Positions 10,769 to 20,837 of a DNA stretch of 64,000 bases are shown here, in pieces. Each line of letters begins with the position of its first letter. Position 1 is the stretch's first letter. Origin of the DNA: Hyalangium minutum (lineage in GTDB: Bacteria > Myxococcota > Myxococcia > Myxococcales > Myxococcaceae); the NCBI RefSeq assembly GCF_000737315.1, contig NZ_JMCB01000010.1:124001-188000 (forward strand), in the 5' to 3' direction. The position numbers and the translations under genes were made by a program. The notes beneath the pieces were generated by a model. It ran no database searches and had not been told where the DNA came from. It saw only the letters and a program-made list of their open reading frames with translations.

Positions 10769-11227
10769 ATGAGCTCGACACGCATCCTTCGCCGTGTGAA
10801 CGCTCCCCGTTCCCGCGTCTATCGTGCGCTGCTCGATGCGCGCGCGGTCCAGGCCTGGATGGTGCCCGACGGCATGACCAGCCACGTGCATGCGTTCGAC
10901 GCCCGCGAAGGCGGCACGTTCCGGATCTCGCTCACGTACGACGCGCCGACGGACACCGGCAAGACAACCGCGCAGACGGATACGCACCACGGCCGCTTCG
11001 TGAAGCTCGTGCCGGACGAGCAGGTGATCGAAGTGGTGGAGTTCGAGACCGAGAATCCCGCGATGCGCGGCGAGATGACGATCACCTTCACGCTCACCGA
11101 TGCGGACGGCGGCACTGAGCTCCTCGCCGTTCATGACGGGGTCCCGAGCGGAGTGCCTCCGTCTGACAACGAGCTCGGCTGGCAGATGTCCCTGGCGAAG
11201 CTCGCGGCGCTCGTCGAGGCGGGCTAG
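10769..11227 (+). CDS. SRPBCC / AHSA1-like protein
   Basis: RRVNAPRSRVYRALLD, DAREGGTFRI, GRFVKLVPDEQVI, GWQMSLAKL. ATG 2 bp after the upstream stop. Confidence 0.92.
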   Translation: MSSTRILRRVNAPRSRVYRALLDARAVQAWMVPDGMTSHVHAFDAREGGTFRISLTYDAPTDTGKTTAQTDTHHGRFVKLVPDEQVIEVVEFETENPAMRGEMTITFTLTDADGGTELLAVHDGVPSGVPPSDNELGWQMSLAKLAALVEAG

Positions 11228-13299
11228 GGCTCCGCCTGCACGTCGAGGATGACGTCCCCCTCCAGCAGCGCGTCCACCACGTCCATCCCCGCCGTCACCT
11301 CACCGAAGACCGTGTAGCGCCCGTCCAGGTGCGGCTGCGGCGTGTGCGTGAAGAAGAACTGGCTGCCTCCCGTGTCCTTGCCCGCGAGCGCCATGCCCAT
11401 CGTGCCGCGCAGGTATGGACGGTGCGTCAGCTCGCACCGGATGGAGTAGCCGGGCCCTCCCTCTCCATCCCCTCGGGGATCGCCGCCCTGCGCGACGAAG
11501 TCTGGCACCACCCGGTGGAAGGTCACATGGCGAAAGTACCCCTTGCGCGCCAGCGCATAGAGGTTGCCCGAGGTGAGCGGCGCCTGCTCCGTGTCCAGCG
11601 CCACGGTGATGTCGCCCTTCTTCGTGCGGAACGTGAGCTTCGCCCCCGTAGGCGCCACGGGCGGCCGAAATGTGTCGGCCGGCATTTCCACACGCGACGA
11701 GCGCACGGGCTGTCCCGTCAACTGGGTGAGGGACTCCGCCGCCACGCGCCGCACGTTGGAGTGAGGGTGGCCGAGCCACGTCCGCAGCAGCGGCTCCGCC
11801 TCCTTGCCTTCCAGTGCCACGAGCGCTCCCGCCACGGGCTCGGCCAGATCCGGTTCCTGCGGTACCCGGGCCGCCAAGGCGCGAACCTCCGGTAGCGCCT
11901 CGGTGGCCTTCATCGTGCCCGCCGTCGCTGCTGCCGCTCCCGCCACCACGGGATCATCGCCCGCGATGAGGGCTCGCACGGCCTCCAGTGCCTCGGGACC
12001 AGGCCGTGCAGCCACCCACTCCAGTGCGGACAGGCGCACCCGTGCGTCCGCGTGACGCAGCCAGTTCACCGCATCCTTCGCGCCGCCCTGCCCCGCTGGC
12101 GTCTGCCCCAGTGCCACCTCGCGCAGTCCCAGTGCCACCCGTCGCGGCTCTGGCACTCGGTCGCCTCCGCAGCGGAGCACCTCCGCGATGGCCCCCGCTT
12201 GGCGATCCATCGCCGCGGCCAGCCGGCAGTCCAGCCATGCCACGTCATCGAGTGCCACGGCCGAGGCCCCCCGAGGCGCCTCCCGGAGCGCGCGCCTCAG
12301 TTCCTCCAGCACCGAACGGCCAGAGGGCGAGAGCCCGGTCTGGGCCAGGGCCAGAATGGCGTGTCCCTCCGCCGAGGCCCCGGCCGCTACCGCCCCAGCC
12401 TGGCGCTTCAAGCCCCGCAGCGCTTCGAGCGTGGCGCACGGGCCCTCGCACTTGAGGGAGAGCTTCGCCAGCGAGCGCGCGGCCTCGGCCGCCACTCGGG
12501 GCACCGGATCCGCCAGCAGCTTCCCCAGCACGGGCGCATCGTCCTGCCCTCCTACCTCCGCGAAGCCCTTCGCACAGATCGCGCGGACCTCCGGAGAGGC
12601 ATCCGCGGCGCATTGGCGCAGAAGCTCGAGGGCCGCAGGGCGCTTCAGGTAGACGAGCAGGTAGGTGGCGCCATAGCGCGTCTCCTCCGCCTGCTCCGGC
12701 GCCAGCAGCGCCCCCACCCGCTCCAGCGGCACCTCCGCGAGCGAGGCGCCCCGGCGGCCAACCACGCCCAGCGCCAGTGCCGCTCGCCCCGCCACCCCCT
12801 CCCGCGAATCTCCGAGCCGCTCGATGAGCCGCTGCACCGCCCCCGGCGTGTTCACCTTGCTCAGCGACTCCAGGAGCGTGCGCCTCACGCCCGCGTCCGC
12901 CTCCGCCGCCTCGGCCGCTCGCAGTGCGTCCGTGAGCCGGGCCTTTACCTCTTCCGCCAGCGGCTCCCAGGAGAGCCCCAGCTGCCCTGCGGCGAAGGCG
13001 GCCTCCTCCCGCACCTGAGGCTCGGAGGCCGCGAGGCTGGCGAGGATGACCTCGAGCGTCGCGGGATCCTGGATCCGCGCCAGCGCACGCAAGGCCCGGA
13101 GCTGAACCCCCGTGCCCCGCTGCCCCTGGGCCCACGCGACGAGCTGCCCCTCGCCCAGCGAGCGGCGATCCTCCCAGGCCTGGATCTGCCCCAGCGCCTC
13201 GGCGTCAGCGGAGGGCGAGGCGGGCACATTCCGGACGCAGGCCGGAAGCGCGGTCAGGAGAAGCAGGCAGGCAAACACGCGGGAGGGCAGGCGGCGCAT
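11224..13299 (-). CDS. HEAT-repeat lipoprotein with C-terminal cyclophilin-type peptidyl-prolyl isomerase
   Basis: Lipobox-like LPAC; HEAT-like repeats; FHRVVPDFVAQGGDPRG, GMALAGKDTGGSQFF, HLDGRYTVFG. Confidence 0.92.
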   Translation of the reverse strand: MRRLPSRVFACLLLLTALPACVRNVPASPSADAEALGQIQAWEDRRSLGEGQLVAWAQGQRGTGVQLRALRALARIQDPATLEVILASLAASEPQVREEAAFAAGQLGLSWEPLAEEVKARLTDALRAAEAAEADAGVRRTLLESLSKVNTPGAVQRLIERLGDSREGVAGRAALALGVVGRRGASLAEVPLERVGALLAPEQAEETRYGATYLLVYLKRPAALELLRQCAADASPEVRAICAKGFAEVGGQDDAPVLGKLLADPVPRVAAEAARSLAKLSLKCEGPCATLEALRGLKRQAGAVAAGASAEGHAILALAQTGLSPSGRSVLEELRRALREAPRGASAVALDDVAWLDCRLAAAMDRQAGAIAEVLRCGGDRVPEPRRVALGLREVALGQTPAGQGGAKDAVNWLRHADARVRLSALEWVAARPGPEALEAVRALIAGDDPVVAGAAAATAGTMKATEALPEVRALAARVPQEPDLAEPVAGALVALEGKEAEPLLRTWLGHPHSNVRRVAAESLTQLTGQPVRSSRVEMPADTFRPPVAPTGAKLTFRTKKGDITVALDTEQAPLTSGNLYALARKGYFRHVTFHRVVPDFVAQGGDPRGDGEGGPGYSIRCELTHRPYLRGTMGMALAGKDTGGSQFFFTHTPQPHLDGRYTVFGEVTAGMDVVDALLEGDVILDVQAEP

Positions 13300-13355
13300 G
13301 CGGCCGGGCCTAGGCCAAATCCCCGCTAAAATCCAGGGGTTACAGCGGGTCCTGT

Positions 13356-13411
13356 TTGACTTGGCGTGCGCAACGCCAGACAATGCCGGGCCTCCGTCTC
13401 GTAGCAAGGAG
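13356..13411 (+). promoter_or_regulatory. Sigma70-like promoter and ribosome-binding site
   Basis: TTGACT (13356-13361), 17 bp, GACAAT (13379-13384); AAGGAG at 13406-13411. Confidence 0.6.
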
Positions 13412-13419
13412 CGCTGGCT

Positions 13420-14322
13420 CTGAAATGCCCCGGCTGTGGCACCCAGATCGCTGATGGCACGTCCATCTGCCCCAAGTGCGACTACATCATCGATTCGTCG
13501 TTCCTCTCCTCAGAGCCTCCTCCGAGCAACGGCGACGATGCCCCAACGGGACGTAACCCGGGTCCTCGGAAGACGGTCCCTCCCCAGACCAGTTCCGGCC
13601 GCGTCGTCACCAACACCAACGTTCGGCGCTCTGGCTCCACGGGCAAGACAGGTTCCCATGGCGCAGTGGGCGCCAAACCCGCAGGCAGCCGTTCCAACCT
13701 CCGCGCCGTGTCGAAGACGGGCTCCGCGCGCGCCGTGCCCGCGTCTCGCTCCGAGCCAGACCCCGACATGGAGCTGGATGATGCGGAGCCTCGCAAGCCG
13801 GTCCTGCCCCCCACGACTTCCTCTCGGGGCTACGCTGCGAACAACAACTCCGGAAAGATCGTCGCGCCCGAGGAGGTCATCGCCGGGACCCGCGAGTTCA
13901 TCGGCGAGCTGACGAAGTCCGACAAGATCGCCTTCGGTGGCGCGGCCCTCGTGGTCCTCTCCTGCTTCGTGCCGTGGAAGGAGACGGCCGTGGATGGCGA
14001 GGTGCTCGGGCTCATGAGCTCGGGCATCGGCGCCCTGCTCGGCGCCGCGCTCATCATCGGCGCCATGTTCGCCCGGGTGCGCCGCACCATGCCCAAGGTC
14101 GACCCCTCGGCGCTGTGGATGACGCAGCTCGGGGTGTCGTTCCTCTGCGTCCTCTATACCGTCGTCTTCATCAAGGGCGCCTTCGACTCCACCCAGGTCC
14201 CCTCGAACTTTGGCAACCAGATGACCTGGAACTCCTCCCCCAGCTTCGGGGTGTTCCTCGGGCTGATCGGAGCCATCGGAGCCCTGGTGGGCTCGGTGAT
14301 GGGGTTGCGGGAGCGCACGTAA
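13420..14322 (+). CDS. Zinc-ribbon membrane protein, apparently CTG-initiated
   Basis: The frame of track ORF 13666 stays open back to TAG 13402-13404 and encodes (L/M)KCPGCGTQIADGTSICPKCDY. No ATG/GTG/TTG lies between that stop and the CxxC. Four C-terminal hydrophobic helices. Confidence 0.8.
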   Translation: MKCPGCGTQIADGTSICPKCDYIIDSSFLSSEPPPSNGDDAPTGRNPGPRKTVPPQTSSGRVVTNTNVRRSGSTGKTGSHGAVGAKPAGSRSNLRAVSKTGSARAVPASRSEPDPDMELDDAEPRKPVLPPTTSSRGYAANNNSGKIVAPEEVIAGTREFIGELTKSDKIAFGGAALVVLSCFVPWKETAVDGEVLGLMSSGIGALLGAALIIGAMFARVRRTMPKVDPSALWMTQLGVSFLCVLYTVVFIKGAFDSTQVPSNFGNQMTWNSSPSFGVFLGLIGAIGALVGSVMGLRERT

Positions 14323-14367
14323 AAATCCGCCCTCTCGCGCGGCCGCCGGACTACCGTCTCCGCCGCG

Positions 14368-15303
14368 ATGCCCAGCGATACTCCCCTGTCCCGGCTCACC
14401 GCGGCGCTCAGCGCCACGGTGGTAGGCCAACCCCACGTCATCGCCGATCTGGTGACGGCCTTCCTCGCCCGCGGCCATGTGCTGCTGGAGGGCGTGCCCG
14501 GCGTGGCGAAGACGTTGATCGCCCGCAGCATGGCCTCCGCGCTCGGGCTGCAGTTCACCCGCGTCCAGTTCACCCCGGACCTGATGCCGACCGACATCCT
14601 CGGCACCAACGTCTTTCACCCCGCGGAGAACGCCTTCCGCCTGGTGCGAGGCCCGGTGTTCACCGAGGTGCTCGTCGCGGACGAGATCAACCGCACCCCT
14701 CCCAAGACGCAGGCGGCGCTGCTCGAGGCCATGGAGGAGCGCCAGGTCACCATCGACGGCATCACCCATCCGCTGCCGCCGCACTTCTTCGTGGTGGCCA
14801 CGCAGAACCCCCTGGAGCTGGAGGGCACCTACCCGCTCCCGGAGGCTCAGCTCGATCGCTTCCTGATGCGCGTGCGTGTGAGCTACCCGGATTCGGACGC
14901 GGAGGTGGCCATGCTGCGCGGCTTCCACCAGCGCGAGGGCAAGCCCGCCACGGTGGAGCGCGTGCTGGAGGTGCCCACGCTCATGGAGTTGCAGACCCGC
15001 GCGGCCCGCGTCACGTGCGATGAGTCCATCCTGGCCTACGTGGTGAAGCTCGCCCGGGAGACGCGGGCGCATCCTCGGGTGCGCCTGGGGGCTTCTCCGC
15101 GCTCGGCGCAGGCGGTGCTGGCTGCCGCGAAGGCCCGTGCGGCCCTGCAGGGCGCGGACTTCGTCACCCCGGACGAGGTGAAGGCCGTGGTGCCCAGCGT
15201 GCTCAATCACCGGCTCCTGCTCAAGGCCGAGGCCGAGGTGGAGGGCGTGACGACGGACGACGTGCTGCGGCAGACGCTCGAGCAGGTGAAGGTCCCCCGG
15301 TGA
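14368..15303 (+). CDS. MoxR family AAA+ ATPase
   Basis: GHVLLEGVPGVAKT, RVQFTPDLMPTD, ADEINRTPPKTQAALLEAMEE, ATQNPLE, LDRF. Confidence 0.96.
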   Translation: MPSDTPLSRLTAALSATVVGQPHVIADLVTAFLARGHVLLEGVPGVAKTLIARSMASALGLQFTRVQFTPDLMPTDILGTNVFHPAENAFRLVRGPVFTEVLVADEINRTPPKTQAALLEAMEERQVTIDGITHPLPPHFFVVATQNPLELEGTYPLPEAQLDRFLMRVRVSYPDSDAEVAMLRGFHQREGKPATVERVLEVPTLMELQTRAARVTCDESILAYVVKLARETRAHPRVRLGASPRSAQAVLAAAKARAALQGADFVTPDEVKAVVPSVLNHRLLLKAEAEVEGVTTDDVLRQTLEQVKVPR

Positions 15304-16625
15304 GCCTCGGCCGCCCCGTCCCCACCGGGTTGGCCGTGGCGCTGCTGGCGGCGGCGCTCGTGCCCTCGGCCCTGGCCGTCGCGAGCCCGTCGTTCGGGTG
15401 GCTGGCCCTGGCGCTCGATGTGGCCGTGGTGGTGTTGTGCGCGGTGGACTTCCTGCGCGCACCGCGAGCCTCGGACGTGGAGGTGCGCAGGACGGTGGAG
15501 CCCATTCTGCGCTCGGGCGTGGCCAATGCCGTCCACCTGGAGCTCACGTGCCGGCGCAGTGAACCGCTCCGTGGAGAGGTGCGGGACGAGGCTCCCTTGA
15601 ACGTCACGGTGGAGGGGCATCGGCAGCCCTTCGCCTTGGCCCCCGGACCTCGCCCGACGCGGCTGAGCTACACGGTGAACCCTCCCGCCCGAGGGGACGC
15701 GCGCTTCGGGGACATCCACCTGCGGCTGATGGGCCCGCTGGGGCTCTGCTCCCGGCAGGTCCGCATCCCCGCGGAGCACTCGGTGAAGGTGTACCCGGAT
15801 CTCACCGCGCTCACGCAGGAGGCGCTGGCGCTGACGCGCGCCTCGGATGCTCCCGCCGAGCGCGTGCAGCGGCGCGTGGGAGAGGGCCGCGAGTTCGAGT
15901 CCCTGCGCGAGTACCGCAACGGGGACGACTACCGCACCATCGACTGGAAGGCCTCCGCTCGCCGCGCCCGGACCATGGTGCGCGTGTACCAGCCCGAGCG
16001 GAACCAGCCGGTGCTGCTGCTGCTCGACTGTGGACGCCACATGGCGGGCAAGGTGGATGGCCGCCGCAAGCTGGACCATGCGGTGGACGCGGCGCTGCGG
16101 CTGGCCAAGGTCAGCCTGGACGCGGGAGATCTGGTGGGGGTGCTCGCCTTCGCCAGCGACGTGCGTGCCTACCTGCCTCCTCGCAAGGGCCGAGAGCACC
16201 TGCGCCTGCTCACGGAGACGCTCTACCGCGCCGAGGCCGCGCTCGAGGAGAGCGACTACGGCAAGGCCTACGACTTCGCCTTCGCGCGCAGCTCCCGGCG
16301 CTCGCTGGTGGTGCTCTTCACGGATCTGGTGGATCCGGACGCCTCGGGCACGCTGGTGGCCCGAACGCTCATGCTGCGCCCGCGCCACCTGCCCCTGGTG
16401 GCCTCGCTGCTGGACGAGGATCTCCAGGCCGCAGCCTCCGCAGTGCCCGACTCACCCCAGGGGGCTTACACGCGCCAGGCGGCTGCTCGCCTGGAGGACG
16501 AGTACCGGCGCACGGCGGTGACGTTGAGGGACTCGGGAGTGTTGGTGGTGCGAGCCCCCGCCCGAGGGTTCGGCGCGGCCGCCATCAACACCTACCTCCA
16601 CGTCAAGTCTCGCGGGCTGCTCTGA
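15300..16625 (+). CDS. DUF58 family protein
   Basis: EFESLREYRNGDDYRTIDWKASAR, LLLDCGRHM (MIDAS-like). 4-bp overlap with MoxR. Confidence 0.93.
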   Translation: MSLGRPVPTGLAVALLAAALVPSALAVASPSFGWLALALDVAVVVLCAVDFLRAPRASDVEVRRTVEPILRSGVANAVHLELTCRRSEPLRGEVRDEAPLNVTVEGHRQPFALAPGPRPTRLSYTVNPPARGDARFGDIHLRLMGPLGLCSRQVRIPAEHSVKVYPDLTALTQEALALTRASDAPAERVQRRVGEGREFESLREYRNGDDYRTIDWKASARRARTMVRVYQPERNQPVLLLLDCGRHMAGKVDGRRKLDHAVDAALRLAKVSLDAGDLVGVLAFASDVRAYLPPRKGREHLRLLTETLYRAEAALEESDYGKAYDFAFARSSRRSLVVLFTDLVDPDASGTLVARTLMLRPRHLPLVASLLDEDLQAAASAVPDSPQGAYTRQAAARLEDEYRRTAVTLRDSGVLVVRAPARGFGAAAINTYLHVKSRGLL

Positions 16626-16719
16626 AAAACCGCCTCGCTGGACACCTTGGTTGAATTTTGCGATGGATCCCTACGTATCAGGTAGGGCGCGATGAGCGCT
16701 TCCTATCAAGGTGGGTGAC

Positions 16720-17604
16720 ATGGGTCTTCGCAAACTCTTCAGGGCCAGACAGCGGGCGGCAGTGGTTCCCGCCAAGCAGGAGCGTCCTTTGAACCTCTGC
16801 CTGTTGTTTCCGCACCCACGCTGGATCATGGCTGCCGAACTCATCCACGTGCTGCGAGAGCTCCATCCCTCGTTGGCGCAGGTCGAGGTCGAGTGCCGGA
16901 CGGGTGACCTCGGGCACGGCATGGGCGTAGGGCAAACGGTGCGGGTGCAGTGGGAGCGGCACACCGTGCTGGTAGCGATGATCCAGACGCCCCTGACCGC
17001 TCAGACGCTGGAGTGGACCCTCAGTGTGTCCCTCCACGAGGAAGAGTTGCTGACGCAGGTGCGGGCTCATGCCGCGCACGCCACGCTCGCTTATCGGGGG
17101 CAGGAGACCGATCCGCTGGAGCAGTACCTGGCGCTGACGACGATCGCGATCGGACTGACGCGCCTGGGGGCGATCTTGATGATGAACATCGGCGCGCGGA
17201 CCTCCTGCCCGGCCCAGCCGCTGCTGCCGCGCCCCGGCGAGGACCTGATGCAGGTGCTGCGGACGCTGCCCGTGACGGTGCTCTTCGTGGGCTTCATCAA
17301 GATGGAGTTCCAGAACACCGAGGGCGTGTGGATGCGGACCTGCGGCGCGCCGCTGATGGACCTGCCGGATCTGGCGATGCTCGCCCGGAGCCATGACGAG
17401 AGCCGGACCGTCTTCTACATGTTCAACGACATCTTCATGGCGATGCGCAGTGCCAAGATCCGGTTCAAAGAGGGGGACATGGTGCAGTTGGAAGAACTGA
17501 ACTGGCGGTTCCGCAAGCCGCGCCCGCACGAGAAGTTCCTCGAGAGTCCTCGGATGATTGTCCTGGAGCCGGACACCGCTCCGGACCGGCTGCGGTTGCC
17601 GTAG
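16720..17604 (+). CDS. DUF4261-like protein
   Basis: C-terminal VWMRTCGAPLMDLPDL resembles the DUF4261 T.G...lPD motif (by eye). Confidence 0.6.
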   Translation: MGLRKLFRARQRAAVVPAKQERPLNLCLLFPHPRWIMAAELIHVLRELHPSLAQVEVECRTGDLGHGMGVGQTVRVQWERHTVLVAMIQTPLTAQTLEWTLSVSLHEEELLTQVRAHAAHATLAYRGQETDPLEQYLALTTIAIGLTRLGAILMMNIGARTSCPAQPLLPRPGEDLMQVLRTLPVTVLFVGFIKMEFQNTEGVWMRTCGAPLMDLPDLAMLARSHDESRTVFYMFNDIFMAMRSAKIRFKEGDMVQLEELNWRFRKPRPHEKFLESPRMIVLEPDTAPDRLRLP

Positions 17605-17776
17605 GTCTCCAGACTCCCCCAAACCTTCGGCGTGAACCGACGTCGCGCCCGCCGTCAAGTCTCTTGTGCGGGATCGCTGAACGTGCACGCATCCCCGCAT
17701 CGCTGGTAAAGAACCGTGCCAATCGCGCCAAGGCCGATTTTTCGGCCTCGGAGACGACCCCCTTTACACGGCGATC

Positions 17777-20626
17777 TTGCTCCCCAAAATGTCGCCCTCG
17801 TCACAACGCCCGCCATTGGAGGCGGCGCTTCCGCAATCGGATGGAGATCGGGTCTTGGGTGTGGAGGTCGCTAGGGGTCTGAGAGTCGAGGTCGAGGTGT
17901 CGGCGGCGGCGGCGACGGCGACGGCTGTAACAGCGGCGCGAGGCGAGGCTGCGGAGCCCGTACGTCCCCTCACGCCTTTCCACGAGCGGCTGCTCTCGGA
18001 GGAACTCACCCTCCGCAGCTCCGACTCGCACCAGCGCATGGCCAACGCCCTCTCCGAGGCGAAGGTCGACCTCAACCCCCATCAAGTGGAAGCCGCTTCC
18101 TTCGCGCTCGACTCGCTGTCGCGCGGCGGCTGCATGCTCGCGGACGAAGTGGGCCTCGGCAAAACCATCGAGGCCGGCCTCGCCATCGGCCAGCTCATCG
18201 CCGAGGGCAAGACGCGCATCCTCATCCTCGCCCCCGCCACCCTGCGCGCCCAGTGGAACAGCGAGCTCAAGGAGAAGTTTGATCTCGAGTCCGTGCTCGT
18301 GGACGGCCGCACCGTGCGCGCCACCGGCAACTGCTTCGATCAACCCTTCCCCGTCATCTGCTCGCACCCCTTCGCCGCCAACAAGGCCGCCCTGGTCTCG
18401 GAGATCCCCTGGGATCTCGTCGTCATCGACGAGGCCCACCGCCTCCGCAATGCCCACAAGGCGGGCCACAAGACCGGCCAGGCCCTGCGCGCCGCGCTCT
18501 CGGGCCGCCCCAAGCTGCTGCTCACCGCCACCCCGCTCCAGAACGATTTGATGGAGCTGTTCGGGCTGATGTCGCTGCTGGACGAGCAGATCCTCGGCCC
18601 CGAGCACGCCTTCCGCACCCGCTACCAGGTGGACCCCTCGTGCGGCGGCCTCAAGGAAGACGCCGTCGCCGAGCTCAAGGAGCGGCTCGCCCCCGTGGTG
18701 CAGCGCACCCTGCGCCGCCAGGTGCGCGAGTACGTCCGCTACACCAACCGCCGCAGCATCGTGGAGGACTTCGCGCCCTCGCCCGAGGAGCAGGACCTCT
18801 ACGAGAAGGTCAGCGAGTACCTGCGCCGCTCCGAGGCCGCCGCCATCGAGCCGGGCAAGAAGACCCTGCTCACGCTCTGCTACCGCAAGCTGCTGGCCTC
18901 CTCCACCTACGCCATCGCCCCCACCCTGCGGCGGCTCTCCGACAACCTGGAGAAGCGCCTCGAGGCCGCCAAGCTCGGCGCCCAGGCCATGGCCCTCTTC
19001 GAGCCCGAGGAGGCCAAGCAGTTCGCCGAGGAGGGCGAGGAGTGGTCGGATGATCCCGCCCGCCCCACCAGCGTCCGCACCCTCCAGAATGAAGTCTGGG
19101 AGCTCAAGCAGTACGCCGACCTCGCCGACTCCATCAAGGTGAACGCCAAGGGCGAGGCCCTCAAGCGCGCCCTGGACCGCACCTTCACCGTGATGCGCGC
19201 CCACCAGTGGCCCGAGAAGGCGCTCATCTTCACCGAGTCCAAGCGCACGCAGCAGTACCTCTTCAACCTGCTGTCCGCGAATGGCTACCAGGGGAAGATC
19301 TCCCTGCTGGCCGGGGACCTGGCCGCCACGCCCGAGGAGCGGCGCGCCCTCGTGGACGAGTTCCGCAACCGCTCGCAGATCCTCATCTGCACCGAGGCCG
19401 GCGCCGAGGGCCTCAACCTCCAGTTCTGCAACCTGGTGGTGAACTACGATCTGCCCTGGAACCCCCAGCGCGTGGAGCAGCGCATCGGCCGCTGCCACCG
19501 CTACGGCCAGCAGCGGGACGTGCTCGTCATCAACTTCCTCAACCGGCAGAACGCCGCCGACGCCCGCCTCTTCGAGCTGCTCGAGAAGAAGCTCAACCTC
19601 TTCGACGGCGTGTTCGGCGCCTCGGATGAGATTCTGGGCGCCCTGGAGAGCGGCGTGGACTTCGAGCGCCGCGTGCTCGACATCTACCAGTCCTGCCGCC
19701 ACCCGGACGAGATCAACGCCGCGTTCGACAAGCTCCGCTCCGACATGGAGCAGCGCATCAGCACGCGCATGACGGAGATGCGCTCGGTGGTGCTGGAGCG
19801 CTTCGACGGCGACGTGCGCCGCAAGCTGAAGCTGGCCGGCGAGCAGACCAAGGAGGTGCTCGCCAAGAGGCAGCAGGAGGCGCGCGCCCTCACCGGCTCG
19901 GTGCTCGGCAAGGGCGTCTCGGGGCGGCTCCAGGTGGCCAAGGCCGCCTACGCCGTGCGCGACCGCACCCACGATGCCATCAGCTACCTCCAGCTGGACG
20001 CAGCCGGGCTGCCCTCACGGCTCGCGCGCCTGGCTGGCAGCGAGGGCTGGTGGTTCGTCTACAAGTTCGAGCTGTCCGGCCTCAAGCCGGAGGAGAAGCT
20101 CGTCCACCTCGTGCTCGTGCGCGAGAAGGACGGTGGCTTCCGCGCCCTGCCCGTCCAGGATGGTGCGCACTTCGTGAAGCTGGCCGCCAAGGTGGAGAAG
20201 CGCCGCCAGCCCGAGGGCGTCTCCGTGTCGCTGCTCCAGGAGCAGGCCCTGCTCGCCGCCAAGGACGAGCTGATCCGCGCCGCCGAGCGCCGCAACGCCC
20301 GCGAGCTGGATCGCGCCCGTGAGCGCGCCGATCGCTACGCCGAGGACTGTCTCCTGGAGTCCCGCGAGGCCGTGGAGCACACGCGCGATCAGTGGATCGA
20401 CGCGCGCAAGGTGGTGGCCGCCACCGAGGATCCCGCCGAGCGCGTGAAGGCTCGCGCCACCGCGGATCGCCTCGAGCGCGAGTACCGCAAGAAGCTGGCC
20501 TCCCTCCGCAACGAGGAGGAGAAGCGCTACGCCGCCAAGGATCGGCAGATCTCCGACCTGGTGCAGAAATCGAAGGTCACCGAGAAGCGCTCGATGATCG
20601 CCTCCGCCTACTTCTGGCTGAGCTGA
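17777..20626 (+). CDS. SNF2/RapA-like SF2 helicase with coiled-coil C-terminus
   Basis: LADEVGLGKT, VIDEAH, LLLTATPLQN, AEGLNLQFCNLVVNYDLPWNPQRVEQRIGRCHRYGQ. True start may be the in-frame GTG 17897. Confidence 0.95.
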   Translation: MLPKMSPSSQRPPLEAALPQSDGDRVLGVEVARGLRVEVEVSAAAATATAVTAARGEAAEPVRPLTPFHERLLSEELTLRSSDSHQRMANALSEAKVDLNPHQVEAASFALDSLSRGGCMLADEVGLGKTIEAGLAIGQLIAEGKTRILILAPATLRAQWNSELKEKFDLESVLVDGRTVRATGNCFDQPFPVICSHPFAANKAALVSEIPWDLVVIDEAHRLRNAHKAGHKTGQALRAALSGRPKLLLTATPLQNDLMELFGLMSLLDEQILGPEHAFRTRYQVDPSCGGLKEDAVAELKERLAPVVQRTLRRQVREYVRYTNRRSIVEDFAPSPEEQDLYEKVSEYLRRSEAAAIEPGKKTLLTLCYRKLLASSTYAIAPTLRRLSDNLEKRLEAAKLGAQAMALFEPEEAKQFAEEGEEWSDDPARPTSVRTLQNEVWELKQYADLADSIKVNAKGEALKRALDRTFTVMRAHQWPEKALIFTESKRTQQYLFNLLSANGYQGKISLLAGDLAATPEERRALVDEFRNRSQILICTEAGAEGLNLQFCNLVVNYDLPWNPQRVEQRIGRCHRYGQQRDVLVINFLNRQNAADARLFELLEKKLNLFDGVFGASDEILGALESGVDFERRVLDIYQSCRHPDEINAAFDKLRSDMEQRISTRMTEMRSVVLERFDGDVRRKLKLAGEQTKEVLAKRQQEARALTGSVLGKGVSGRLQVAKAAYAVRDRTHDAISYLQLDAAGLPSRLARLAGSEGWWFVYKFELSGLKPEEKLVHLVLVREKDGGFRALPVQDGAHFVKLAAKVEKRRQPEGVSVSLLQEQALLAAKDELIRAAERRNARELDRARERADRYAEDCLLESREAVEHTRDQWIDARKVVAATEDPAERVKARATADRLEREYRKKLASLRNEEEKRYAAKDRQISDLVQKSKVTEKRSMIASAYFWLS

Positions 20627-20837
20627 GTCCCCTGCCGGCCCCGGCAGCCGGAACCGCGCTCACCTCGGTTCCGGCGGCTGGAGCCATGCGGGTTACCACC
20701 TCACGGCGGATTTCCAACCCTCACAGCATACCGAGCAGACTTTATCTTACATCAGCCCCTCCGGGTCTTGATGTGGCTCCTCCCAATACATTAGAGGTTT
20801 CTGTACGGAAATTTGACGCGACCCAAAGGAGCAGGCC

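Noticed and set aside
13362-13376. GG-N10-GC sigma54-like spacing
   Set aside because: The -12 element lacks TTGC, and a sigma70-type TTGACT/GACAAT pair fits better.
17677-17692. Possible LexA box upstream of the SNF2 helicase (CTGAACGTGCACGCAT)
   Set aside because: Only one half-site; about four mismatches to the consensus.
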